From the NCBI GenBank assembly GCA_040390725.1, contig JAZJXT010000002.1, forward strand, positions 28,450 through 92,449: a stretch of DNA of 64,000 nucleotides, written 5' to 3'. The DNA comes from Patescibacteria group bacterium. GTDB taxonomy: Bacteria > Patescibacteriota > Minisyncoccia > Phycocordibacterales > UBA9973. Numbering within the stretch: position 1 is the stretch's first letter; each line of letters begins with the position of its first letter. Shown in pieces: positions 37,055 through 44,977 of the stretch. The notes below the pieces were generated by a model. It was not told the origin of the DNA, ran no database searches, and was given only the letters and a program-made list of their open reading frames with translations. Position numbers and translations under genes: made by a program.

Positions 37055-37558
37055 ATGGAATTTAAAATAATAAAATTACCAAAAGAAAGATGGGAGGAAT
37101 ATAAAAAACTTCGTATTTTTGCAGTCACTGTCGATACTTTGGCTTTTTGGACAACACCTGAGGAGGATAAAAAAAGAACAGATGAGGATTGGATGAAAAA
37201 CCTCGGTGATAATTCACCACAGCCAATGTTCTTTATTGAGAGTAATGGTGAGCTTGTTGGGATGATTAGAGTTGCAATAAATTCAGGAGAAAAAGTAAAA
37301 CATAATGCTTTTATTTATTCTTTTTTTGTAAAACCGGAAATGCGTGGTATGGGTGCAGGTAAAGCTTTGCTCGAACAAGCGATTTCTTTTTTGAAAGAAC
37401 ACAATGTAAAGAATGTTTATTTAAACGTGACAGTTACTCAAGAAAATGCAATAAGATTATATAAAAAATGGGGATTTAAAGTTATTGGTAAGTATAAAAA
37501 TATTTTAAATTATGAGGGTAAATATTACGATGAGGATATTATGTGTTTGAGTTTGTAA
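37055..37558 (+). CDS. GNAT-family N-acetyltransferase
   Basis: VKPEMRGMGAGKALLEQAI acetyl-CoA-binding motif. Confidence 0.75.
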   Translation: MEFKIIKLPKERWEEYKKLRIFAVTVDTLAFWTTPEEDKKRTDEDWMKNLGDNSPQPMFFIESNGELVGMIRVAINSGEKVKHNAFIYSFFVKPEMRGMGAGKALLEQAISFLKEHNVKNVYLNVTVTQENAIRLYKKWGFKVIGKYKNILNYEGKYYDEDIMCLSL

Positions 37559-37604
37559 AAGTAAATCTTTTACAAAAAGATTTAAAATGTAGTATCATAG
37601 ACGA

Positions 37605-39230
37605 ATGACTCAAGCAGAAGCACTGAATATTTTGAAGACGGGGGCGAATGTTTTTTTGACTGGGGAACCTGGTGCGGGGAAAAGTTATACGATAAATTCT
37701 TTTGTGGAATATTTGCGCGAGAGGGATATAGAGCCGGCGATAACAGCGAGCACGGGAATAGCCGCGACGCATATAGGCGGGATGACTATACATTCTTGGA
37801 GCGGTATAGGCATCAGGAAAAAACTCGATCAATATGATTTGGATAAAATAGCGAGCAGTGAATATATTGCGCGCAGGGTGCGGAGGACGCGCGTTTTGAT
37901 AATTGATGAAATTTCAATGCTGACGGCGGACATGCTCGATATGATAGACGCGGTGTGTAGGGAAGTGAAACAAAGCTCCGAGCCTTTCGGCGGAATGCAG
38001 ATAGTTTTGGTGGGAGATTTTTTCCAACTTCCGCCGATTGTGAAAAATGATACGGACGAAAAACAAAAAACTCTTTTAGTGGAAAAGAAGAAGAGCGTTT
38101 TTGCTTATGATTCAAATGCTTGGGCTCGGGCGGGACTGGTAATGTGCTATCTGACGGAACAACACAGGCAGGATGACAAAGATTTCTTGGATTTTCTTTC
38201 CGCTATTCGCGCGGATAAAATAAATGACGAGCATATGGAATACGTGACGGCGCGACAGACTATTTTAGACGATGTGCCGGATAATGTGACGAAATTATTC
38301 ACGCATAATTTTAATGTGGACACGGTGAATAATATGGAATTGGAAAAAATTACGGAAGAGAAAAGAAAATTCGAAATGATTTCCGAAGGACGCGACGCAT
38401 TGGTGATGGCATTGAAAAAAGGATGCCTCTCGCCGGAGAATTTGGAACTCAAAATAGGCGCGGTGGTGATGTGCACGAAAAATAATCAAAAAGAAGGATA
38501 TGTGAACGGCACATTGGGCATAGTGGAAGATTTTGACGAATTCACCGGCTATCCGATAATTAAAAAAAGAAATGGCAAAAGTATAAATGTTTCTCCGCTT
38601 GACTGGGTGGTGGAAGAAAATGGAAAAATTTTGGCGATGATTTCGCAAGTGCCTTTGCGCCTGGCATGGGCGATGACGGTGCATAAAAGCCAAGGGATGT
38701 CGCTCGATGCGGCTATTATGGATTTGTCGCAAGTCTTTGAATACGGGCAGGGGTATGTGGCGCTCTCTCGCGTGCGCAGGCTTTCCGGACTTTATCTTCT
38801 CGGCATAAATGAGCGTGCATTCAAAGTGCATCCGGAAATTTTAGAAAAAGATATTTTCTTTAAAGAGCAATCAGCCGAAGCGGTAAAAGTCTTCGGCAAA
38901 CTTTCCGAAAGTGAACTTCAAAAAATGCATGATAATTTTGTGTTGGCTAGTGGAGGGGAAGTAAAGATAGAGTATAAAAGAGAAGAGCAGATGCGCGCGC
39001 CGAGTACGGCGCGCGCCCTGGATAATTCTGAAAGTTCTCCAGTTAAACCTTTTGAAAAAATAAGAGAACAACACCCCAATGCTTATCGTCCTTGGGATAA
39101 AATACAAGACGAAGAATTAGAAAAATTATTCAGCGAAGGAGTACCAACAGCTGACCTTATGAAAAAATTTGGCAGGAAAAAAGGAGGAATAACTGCCAGA
39201 CTTGAAAAACTTGGTTTAGTTAAATCATGA
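37605..39230 (+). CDS. PIF1/RecD-family ATP-dependent DNA helicase with C-terminal HTH-like tail
   Basis: Walker A GEPGAGKSY, ASTGIAA, DEISML, and the PIF1 signature region. Confidence 0.8.
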   Translation: MTQAEALNILKTGANVFLTGEPGAGKSYTINSFVEYLRERDIEPAITASTGIAATHIGGMTIHSWSGIGIRKKLDQYDLDKIASSEYIARRVRRTRVLIIDEISMLTADMLDMIDAVCREVKQSSEPFGGMQIVLVGDFFQLPPIVKNDTDEKQKTLLVEKKKSVFAYDSNAWARAGLVMCYLTEQHRQDDKDFLDFLSAIRADKINDEHMEYVTARQTILDDVPDNVTKLFTHNFNVDTVNNMELEKITEEKRKFEMISEGRDALVMALKKGCLSPENLELKIGAVVMCTKNNQKEGYVNGTLGIVEDFDEFTGYPIIKKRNGKSINVSPLDWVVEENGKILAMISQVPLRLAWAMTVHKSQGMSLDAAIMDLSQVFEYGQGYVALSRVRRLSGLYLLGINERAFKVHPEILEKDIFFKEQSAEAVKVFGKLSESELQKMHDNFVLASGGEVKIEYKREEQMRAPSTARALDNSESSPVKPFEKIREQHPNAYRPWDKIQDEELEKLFSEGVPTADLMKKFGRKKGGITARLEKLGLVKS

Positions 39231-39243
39231 TTCGTGATATCAT

Positions 39244-39274
39244 TACAACATTATCAATAATGTCATAATGTACA
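39244..39274. promoter_or_regulatory. ACATTAT/ATAATGT palindrome and direct repeats immediately upstream of the ArsR-like regulator (candidate autoregulatory operator)
   Basis: acattat ca ataatgt (39248-39263), then a second ataatgt (39266-39272); 12 nt before the ATG. Confidence 0.35.
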
Positions 39275-39284
39275 AAGTAAAAAT

Positions 39285-39560
39285 ATGAAAAAGGGAATTA
39301 ATTATAAATATTTGGAAAGAATAATAAAAGGCGGAGCTAATCATCGCCGACTCCAAATACTTTTTCTCTTGGAAAAGAATCCGGGCCTGTCTGTGGAGTT
39401 GGTGTCTGAAATGTTGAATGTAAACTTCGTTACCATAGCTAGTCATTTACAGAAATTGCATCACTCCGGTCTTATTACTAAAAAATACATCGGGCGAACA
39501 GTTATTCACGATATCACGCCGAGAGGAAAGAACATTATGACATTATGTAGAATGTTGTAA
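39285..39560 (+). CDS. ArsR/SmtB-family winged-helix transcriptional regulator
   Basis: HRRLQILFLLEKNPGLSVELVSEMLNVNFVTIASHLQKLHHSGLI. Confidence 0.65.
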   Translation: MKKGINYKYLERIIKGGANHRRLQILFLLEKNPGLSVELVSEMLNVNFVTIASHLQKLHHSGLITKKYIGRTVIHDITPRGKNIMTLCRML

Positions 39561-39628
39561 TGTGGATTTTGAAATAGTTATCCCCATATTTCTTTCCCTA
39601 ATTTTCGAGTAAGTTATATAATTTAGCA

Positions 39629-42600
39629 ATGTTCAAAATTAAATACTCGAAGTTTTTGTTTCTATTTTTTACTTTCTCTGTCGCCGTTGGCATTTTTTCT
39701 TTTTCACATCAGGCTTTCGCTTCGACTGTTGTGACTGACGATATTATTGATGATACGACTTGGACTCTGGATGGCAGTCCGTATTTGGTGGATGGTTATG
39801 TGCCTGTTTATTCTACGCTTACCATAGAGCCGGGCGTAGTAGTGCAAAATGGCAGTTTAGATATTTTTGGAACTTTAAAGGCCGAAGGCACGAGCGACCA
39901 GCATATTTCTTTTACTTCATCTATAATTTATTTTGACGGATCTACAGGATCTTCCTTAAAATATATTGATATTTCTCACGAGCATGTCGGGATGTCTTTT
40001 TGGGCTAGTGATGCATCTATTTCAAATATTAATGCGCAGTATAATGATACGGATTTATATATAGAAGGAGGTAGTAGTATTTCTATTTCTGATTCTAGTT
40101 TTTCCAATGCGAAATACGATTCTATTTATATAGAGGACGGTTCTTTGAGTGCAAATAATTTAACAATTGAGGGAGGGTCGCAATATTATGAAGCAGTCCG
40201 GGTGCGGTTTGGTCAGGTTTCTATGGTTGATTCAGTTATTCAAAATATACCTGACGGCGAAGCTTTGGCTGTCGGTAGACTTAGCAATGTAGACCTGGAG
40301 AGAACAAATATTAAAAATGTGGGCAGAGGATTCTGGGTTGATGAGAGTAGTACTACGAATATAAATGATTCTACTTTGGACAACACTTACGTTTACGCTT
40401 TTGCTTGCGCATCTTTTAATGCTGATAATAGTATATTTAAAAATAGTATTTGGGGCGCGATTATTGATTTTGGACAAGGATGTGAATTTAACATTGTAAA
40501 TAGTAAATTTATAAATAATCAAGACGGATTTTATATTTTTAACAATGGAAGTTATCCGGAATCTGTCTACAATATTTCCAATTCTGAAATTTCCGGCAAC
40601 ACACAATACGGAGTTTATTCTCAAGCTTCGTATCCTGTAGATTTTACAAAAACTTGGTGGGGCGATGCATCCGGTCCGCAACATCCGGACTTAAACTCCA
40701 CCGGCCTTGGCAACGCAGTTTCTGATGGCGTCCTTTTTGACCAGTGGTGCAAAAATGAAACTTGTAAAACAAAAACCCCGGTGATAATTATTCCGGGAAT
40801 CTTAGGGTCAATTCTTTCTAAGAATTATGGGGATAGTAGCGAGATGTGGCCGAATATAAATACATTACTCACTTCTTTCTTTGATGGATTTATGGATGAT
40901 TTGGCTTTGCAGGCGGACGGCACCGAAGACCCGGCCATGCCTGTGAGCGTCGGCGATATTTTGCGCAAGGTTGATGTATTGGGTAATACTGTCACAGATA
41001 CTTGGTCAGGACTTATAGATAAATTAACTACATCTGTGATCGGCGGATATGTCGAAGGCACCGACCTTTTTGTTTTTCCTTATGATTGGCGCAAGAGTGA
41101 TGCAGATACAGCAGTGCTTTTGAAAGATAAAATTGACGCAGTGCTGGCACAAACAGGCGCGGAAAAGGTGGATATTATTTCACATTCAATGGGTGGGCTT
41201 ATTGCCGAGAAATATATTGCGGATAACGGTAAAGATAAAATAAATAAATTATTTTTCATAGGCACGCCTCACCTCGGCGCGCCAAAGGCATTCAAGGCTT
41301 TGATGTATGGGGATGATATGAATATAAAATTTGGAAGTTATAGTGTTCTTTATCCAGCTGAAATGAAAAAGATTTCTCAAAATATGCCGTCTGCTTTTGA
41401 TTTATTACCGAGTCGTATTTATGTGGATGGTAATCCGAATGCGAGTATAGTTTTGCCGAATCAATATGTCTATGACGCAGTCGCAGGTAAATGGCTCAAT
41501 TATGATGAGACGAAAAATTTTATGATTACGGATGGCAGGAATGCGGATATTTTTCCACAAGCGGATGACTTGCATCAAGTAGTGGATAAAGTAGACCTGA
41601 GCGGAGTGGATGTTTATAATTTTGCCGGTTGTGGGATGACGAAAACTCTTTCTACCATTACTGCTAAAAAAGAAAAATCCTGGACTTCGCTTTGGCAAAA
41701 AGTCGTGGATGATTATGATTTAGGTTTTACCAATGGTGATGAGACTGTGCCACTGATTTCCGCTTCCGGTCAGTATCAAAATCAATATTTTATAAAAGGC
41801 GCGACTCATTCAGAGTTGCCATCTACTGCTGGAGTGCCAGAAACTATTTTAGCTTTGCTTTCGGGGGATGCTGTTCCTATGGAAACAAATATTTCTACTG
41901 ATAGTAATAATTTCTGTGATGTGACAGGGCGTGTAGTTTCTACACATAGTCCTGTGACTATGCATATTTATGATGACAATGGACACCACACAGGACCGAC
42001 AGATAATGGCGACATAGAATACGGCATTCCTGGTGTGTCGTATGATGTGATAGGGGGTGATGCTTTTGCGTTCTTGCCTGAAGGTGGTAATTATAAAGTA
42101 GTAAATAAAGCGACGGACACGGGAGCGTATGATTTTTATATAAAAGATATAGGGGCGAATGATGCAATAACAAATGAAACATATTTTAATGAAATTCCTC
42201 TCACGAATTTGGCATCAAGTTCAGAAATAGATTTTACACCTTCAGGTAATGATTATAAAATTAAAATGGATCAAGATGGCGATAATACTTTTGAAAAAGA
42301 ATTTGCGCCATCGTCCAGCCTGGGTGCAACGCAAGCAAATGATTTAACTGCGCCGGAAACTACAGCGAGTGTCGCAGGCAGGAATCTTTCTTTTTCTTCG
42401 ACTGATGAAAATTCCGGAGTATTAAAAACAGAGTATTCTATTGATGATGGTGTTAGTTGGGTTTTATATAATTCTGCATTCAATGCATCAGGAAAAACTG
42501 TGAAATATTTTTCTACTGATAAGGCTGGCAATATTGAGAGTATAAAAGAAATAATAGTGCCGAAACGTCATACTGCGTATGTTGAAGATGTAGTGGAAGA

Positions 42601-42958
42601 CCCTAAGCCGGTTGAAAATCAAGAAGTCGCTCATTCTTCAGAATGCAGTGGGTGTAATGTTTTATCTCAAAATCCTGTTGAAATAACTCCTATTGCAAAG
42701 GAAATTGTTGCCGTGGCTACAGTAACATCGGATAAAATAATTATTCCCGAGCAGAAAAAAGTTTTATCTAAAAATCAAAAAACTATTGTCAAATCTGAGC
42801 AAGTTTTTAAAGCTAGCAAGGAGGTGGCAAAAAATGCTAAAATAGAAGTATTGCCGGAAATGATTACGGCGTCAGCCATAAATGCCGACAATAGCGCAGG
42901 ATTTTGGAGCAGAGTCGGGAATTTTATTAAAAGCATATTTTACAGAAAGAAAAAATAA
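39629..42958 (+). CDS. large secreted protein (1109 aa): parallel beta-helix repeats + lipase/esterase (alpha/beta-hydrolase) domain + Ig-like 'DKAGN' module
   Basis: Signal peptide ending HQAFA|ST. Beta-helix-type repeats (residues ~60-330). Lipase motifs PVIIIPGILGS, IISHSMGGLIAEKY (GxSxG), GTPHLGAP. C-terminal YSIDDGVSWVLY...STDKAGNIE. Confidence 0.7.
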   Translation: MFKIKYSKFLFLFFTFSVAVGIFSFSHQAFASTVVTDDIIDDTTWTLDGSPYLVDGYVPVYSTLTIEPGVVVQNGSLDIFGTLKAEGTSDQHISFTSSIIYFDGSTGSSLKYIDISHEHVGMSFWASDASISNINAQYNDTDLYIEGGSSISISDSSFSNAKYDSIYIEDGSLSANNLTIEGGSQYYEAVRVRFGQVSMVDSVIQNIPDGEALAVGRLSNVDLERTNIKNVGRGFWVDESSTTNINDSTLDNTYVYAFACASFNADNSIFKNSIWGAIIDFGQGCEFNIVNSKFINNQDGFYIFNNGSYPESVYNISNSEISGNTQYGVYSQASYPVDFTKTWWGDASGPQHPDLNSTGLGNAVSDGVLFDQWCKNETCKTKTPVIIIPGILGSILSKNYGDSSEMWPNINTLLTSFFDGFMDDLALQADGTEDPAMPVSVGDILRKVDVLGNTVTDTWSGLIDKLTTSVIGGYVEGTDLFVFPYDWRKSDADTAVLLKDKIDAVLAQTGAEKVDIISHSMGGLIAEKYIADNGKDKINKLFFIGTPHLGAPKAFKALMYGDDMNIKFGSYSVLYPAEMKKISQNMPSAFDLLPSRIYVDGNPNASIVLPNQYVYDAVAGKWLNYDETKNFMITDGRNADIFPQADDLHQVVDKVDLSGVDVYNFAGCGMTKTLSTITAKKEKSWTSLWQKVVDDYDLGFTNGDETVPLISASGQYQNQYFIKGATHSELPSTAGVPETILALLSGDAVPMETNISTDSNNFCDVTGRVVSTHSPVTMHIYDDNGHHTGPTDNGDIEYGIPGVSYDVIGGDAFAFLPEGGNYKVVNKATDTGAYDFYIKDIGANDAITNETYFNEIPLTNLASSSEIDFTPSGNDYKIKMDQDGDNTFEKEFAPSSSLGATQANDLTAPETTASVAGRNLSFSSTDENSGVLKTEYSIDDGVSWVLYNSAFNASGKTVKYFSTDKAGNIESIKEIIVPKRHTAYVEDVVEDPKPVENQEVAHSSECSGCNVLSQNPVEITPIAKEIVAVATVTSDKIIIPEQKKVLSKNQKTIVKSEQVFKASKEVAKNAKIEVLPEMITASAINADNSAGFWSRVGNFIKSIFYRKKK

Positions 42959-42962
42959 AAAC

Positions 42963-43310
42963 ATGAAAGACCAAATAAATAATTTTTTTCATACGGACAA
43001 ATGGTGGGGGAAGACCATTTTTATAATTTTGATTTATGCAGTTTATTGGTGCGTGTTTTATGGAGTTTGGTTTTTAATTCCACCTGATAATTTTGATAAA
43101 AATACTGATATAAGTGGAATTTTGTTTTTAATACTTAATTTAGCAGTTGTGCCTATTATTAGTTTTTTCATTCCGTATTTTATAAAAAAACTTTTTACGA
43201 TAAATAAAGTAGTATTGTATGTCTTACATAGTTTTCTTTTATTAATATCTGTTGCATTATTTATATTTTTAGCTATTATCTCAGCTTTATCTCATATTCA
43301 AATTGGTTAA
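42963..43310 (+). CDS. small polytopic membrane protein
   Basis: Start at the ATG at 42963 (MKDQINNFFHTDKWW); three hydrophobic segments. Confidence 0.45.
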   Translation: MKDQINNFFHTDKWWGKTIFIILIYAVYWCVFYGVWFLIPPDNFDKNTDISGILFLILNLAVVPIISFFIPYFIKKLFTINKVVLYVLHSFLLLISVALFIFLAIISALSHIQIG

Positions 43311-43393
43311 TTCGTAAGAACAGTCTCTGTGCGGTTAATAAAATGCTTATTTACCAAAATACCCAGTAAATACTGGATATTTTGTATTTTTAC

Positions 43394-43422
43394 TTGACTT
43401 TTAGGTTGTAAGGTGCTATACT
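43394..43422 (+). promoter_or_regulatory. sigma70-type promoter TTGACT-N17-TATACT
   Basis: ttgact (43394-43399), 17-nt spacer, tatact (43417-43422); ~145-nt leader before the lipoprotein ATG at 43569. Confidence 0.5.
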
Positions 43423-43568
43423 TTGCATAGTATTTTGCTCGTTGAAAAACATATTGATATTTTCCCTATATTAACTAAGTTCACTATTAAATTAGCGATT
43501 TCAGTTAATACAGGGAAATGCCGAACACCCTTTTCCAAAGTAGGCACTTATGTCAATTTCATACACCA

Positions 43569-44168
43569 ATGAAAAAATTCATTTTAATTTCAACCGTGGC
43601 TTTCTTTATGGTTCTGGCTTTAACAAGTTGTTCAGATAATAAAGAAGAAAAATCAGTAAAACAGGAGGCACTTGCTGTGGGGGTAGTAAAAACAGAAACC
43701 CCTAAGGTTTCTGTTTCAGAAATATCCTCAAGCGAATTACTTTCAAAAATTGATACTTCAAAAATTAAAACCTTCGATGACTATTACGCTTTGAAGCAAA
43801 AACTTTTTGACGAGTATTATGCATTAAAGCAAGAGTCATTCGATGATTATTACAGCAATAAACATCGTGCTTTTGATCAGTATTGGACTAAAAAACAAAA
43901 TGCTTTGATGGTTGTTCGTGAAAAACATAATTCAAAGTATCTTGAATGGTTGGATACTGAAAAGATGAGTAGGTATGATAAGCAGATGGTAATTGAAAAA
44001 TCACCTGAGTTTGCTGATTATATTTTGGTTGAAAAAACTGAATATAAAAAGTATGAAGAAATTGAAAAATCTTTATACGTCGCATATGAGCAAATCGAGC
44101 AGGGTAGTTATAAAGAATATACCCAAAAAGAACAGTTAGCTTATAAGGCATATCAGATTAATCATTGA
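43569..44168 (+). CDS. lipoprotein with FDDYYALKQ repeats
   Basis: Lipobox LALTS|C; repeated FDDYYALKQKLFDEYYALKQESFDDYYSNK; Tyr/Glu/Lys-rich. Confidence 0.55.
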   Translation: MKKFILISTVAFFMVLALTSCSDNKEEKSVKQEALAVGVVKTETPKVSVSEISSSELLSKIDTSKIKTFDDYYALKQKLFDEYYALKQESFDDYYSNKHRAFDQYWTKKQNALMVVREKHNSKYLEWLDTEKMSRYDKQMVIEKSPEFADYILVEKTEYKKYEEIEKSLYVAYEQIEQGSYKEYTQKEQLAYKAYQINH

Positions 44169-44184
44169 GGAAATTCTCAAGAAG

Positions 44185-44217
44185 TAGCCTACCATTTATT
44201 GGTAGGCTCTTTTTTTT
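44185..44217 (+). terminator. rho-independent terminator
   Basis: agcctacc atttatt ggtaggct followed by cttttttttt. Confidence 0.65.
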
Positions 44218-44315
44218 GCTATTGCAGTTATGGTATTAGCTCGGTTTTTGTTCTTTTAATAATGATTTGTGGGAAGAAATGAGCCGTTGGCGGGGGAATT
44301 TGTTATAATAAAAAT

Positions 44316-44903
44316 ATGGAAATTTTAAAAATTATTTTTGCCGTTTTAGGAACAGTCGTTTTTATTTTTGGCTATGTTCCGTATTTTCGTGATATATTTA
44401 AAAAGCGTACAAAGCCTCACGCGTACACTTGGTTGATTTGGTCTATCACTCAAGGCACGGCTGCCGCAGGAATTTTATATGGAGGCGGAGGTGTCGGCGC
44501 TACCCAATTAATCGTCGGCTTGATTCTTGTTTTTTTGGTTTTTGTTTTATCTCTTAAATATGGAACAAAAAATATCACTTGGCATGACACGGTCCTATTG
44601 ATTTTAGCCTTGATTGCAGTATTTGTCTGGTGGCAATTACACGATGCCGCGCTCTCTATGTTAATGGTTACAGGCATAGACGCGCTCGGATATATTCCAA
44701 GCTATAGAAAATCTTGGCAAAATCCCTGGGATGAAACTTTATCTTCTTGGCTTATTTTTTCTGTCGGAAATGTGTTTGCGATAATGGCTCTTGAAAAATA
44801 TAATCTTTTAACCTTTTCCTATCTTTTAATGAGCATAACTTTGAATATAATTATGATTTTTTTGTGCGCATGGCGAAGACGGAGGATACCAAAGCCGGCG
44901 TAG
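44316..44903 (+). CDS. polytopic membrane protein (195 aa), unknown function
   Basis: 5-6 predicted TM segments; Gly-rich loop GILYGGGGVGA. Confidence 0.45.
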   Translation: MEILKIIFAVLGTVVFIFGYVPYFRDIFKKRTKPHAYTWLIWSITQGTAAAGILYGGGGVGATQLIVGLILVFLVFVLSLKYGTKNITWHDTVLLILALIAVFVWWQLHDAALSMLMVTGIDALGYIPSYRKSWQNPWDETLSSWLIFSVGNVFAIMALEKYNLLTFSYLLMSITLNIIMIFLCAWRRRRIPKPA

Positions 44904-44977
44904 ATTTAAAAAACTCGCATCTTTTTAATGTAAATAATCATTTGTAATTCAGCCCTATTTTGTGCTATATTTCAGTA

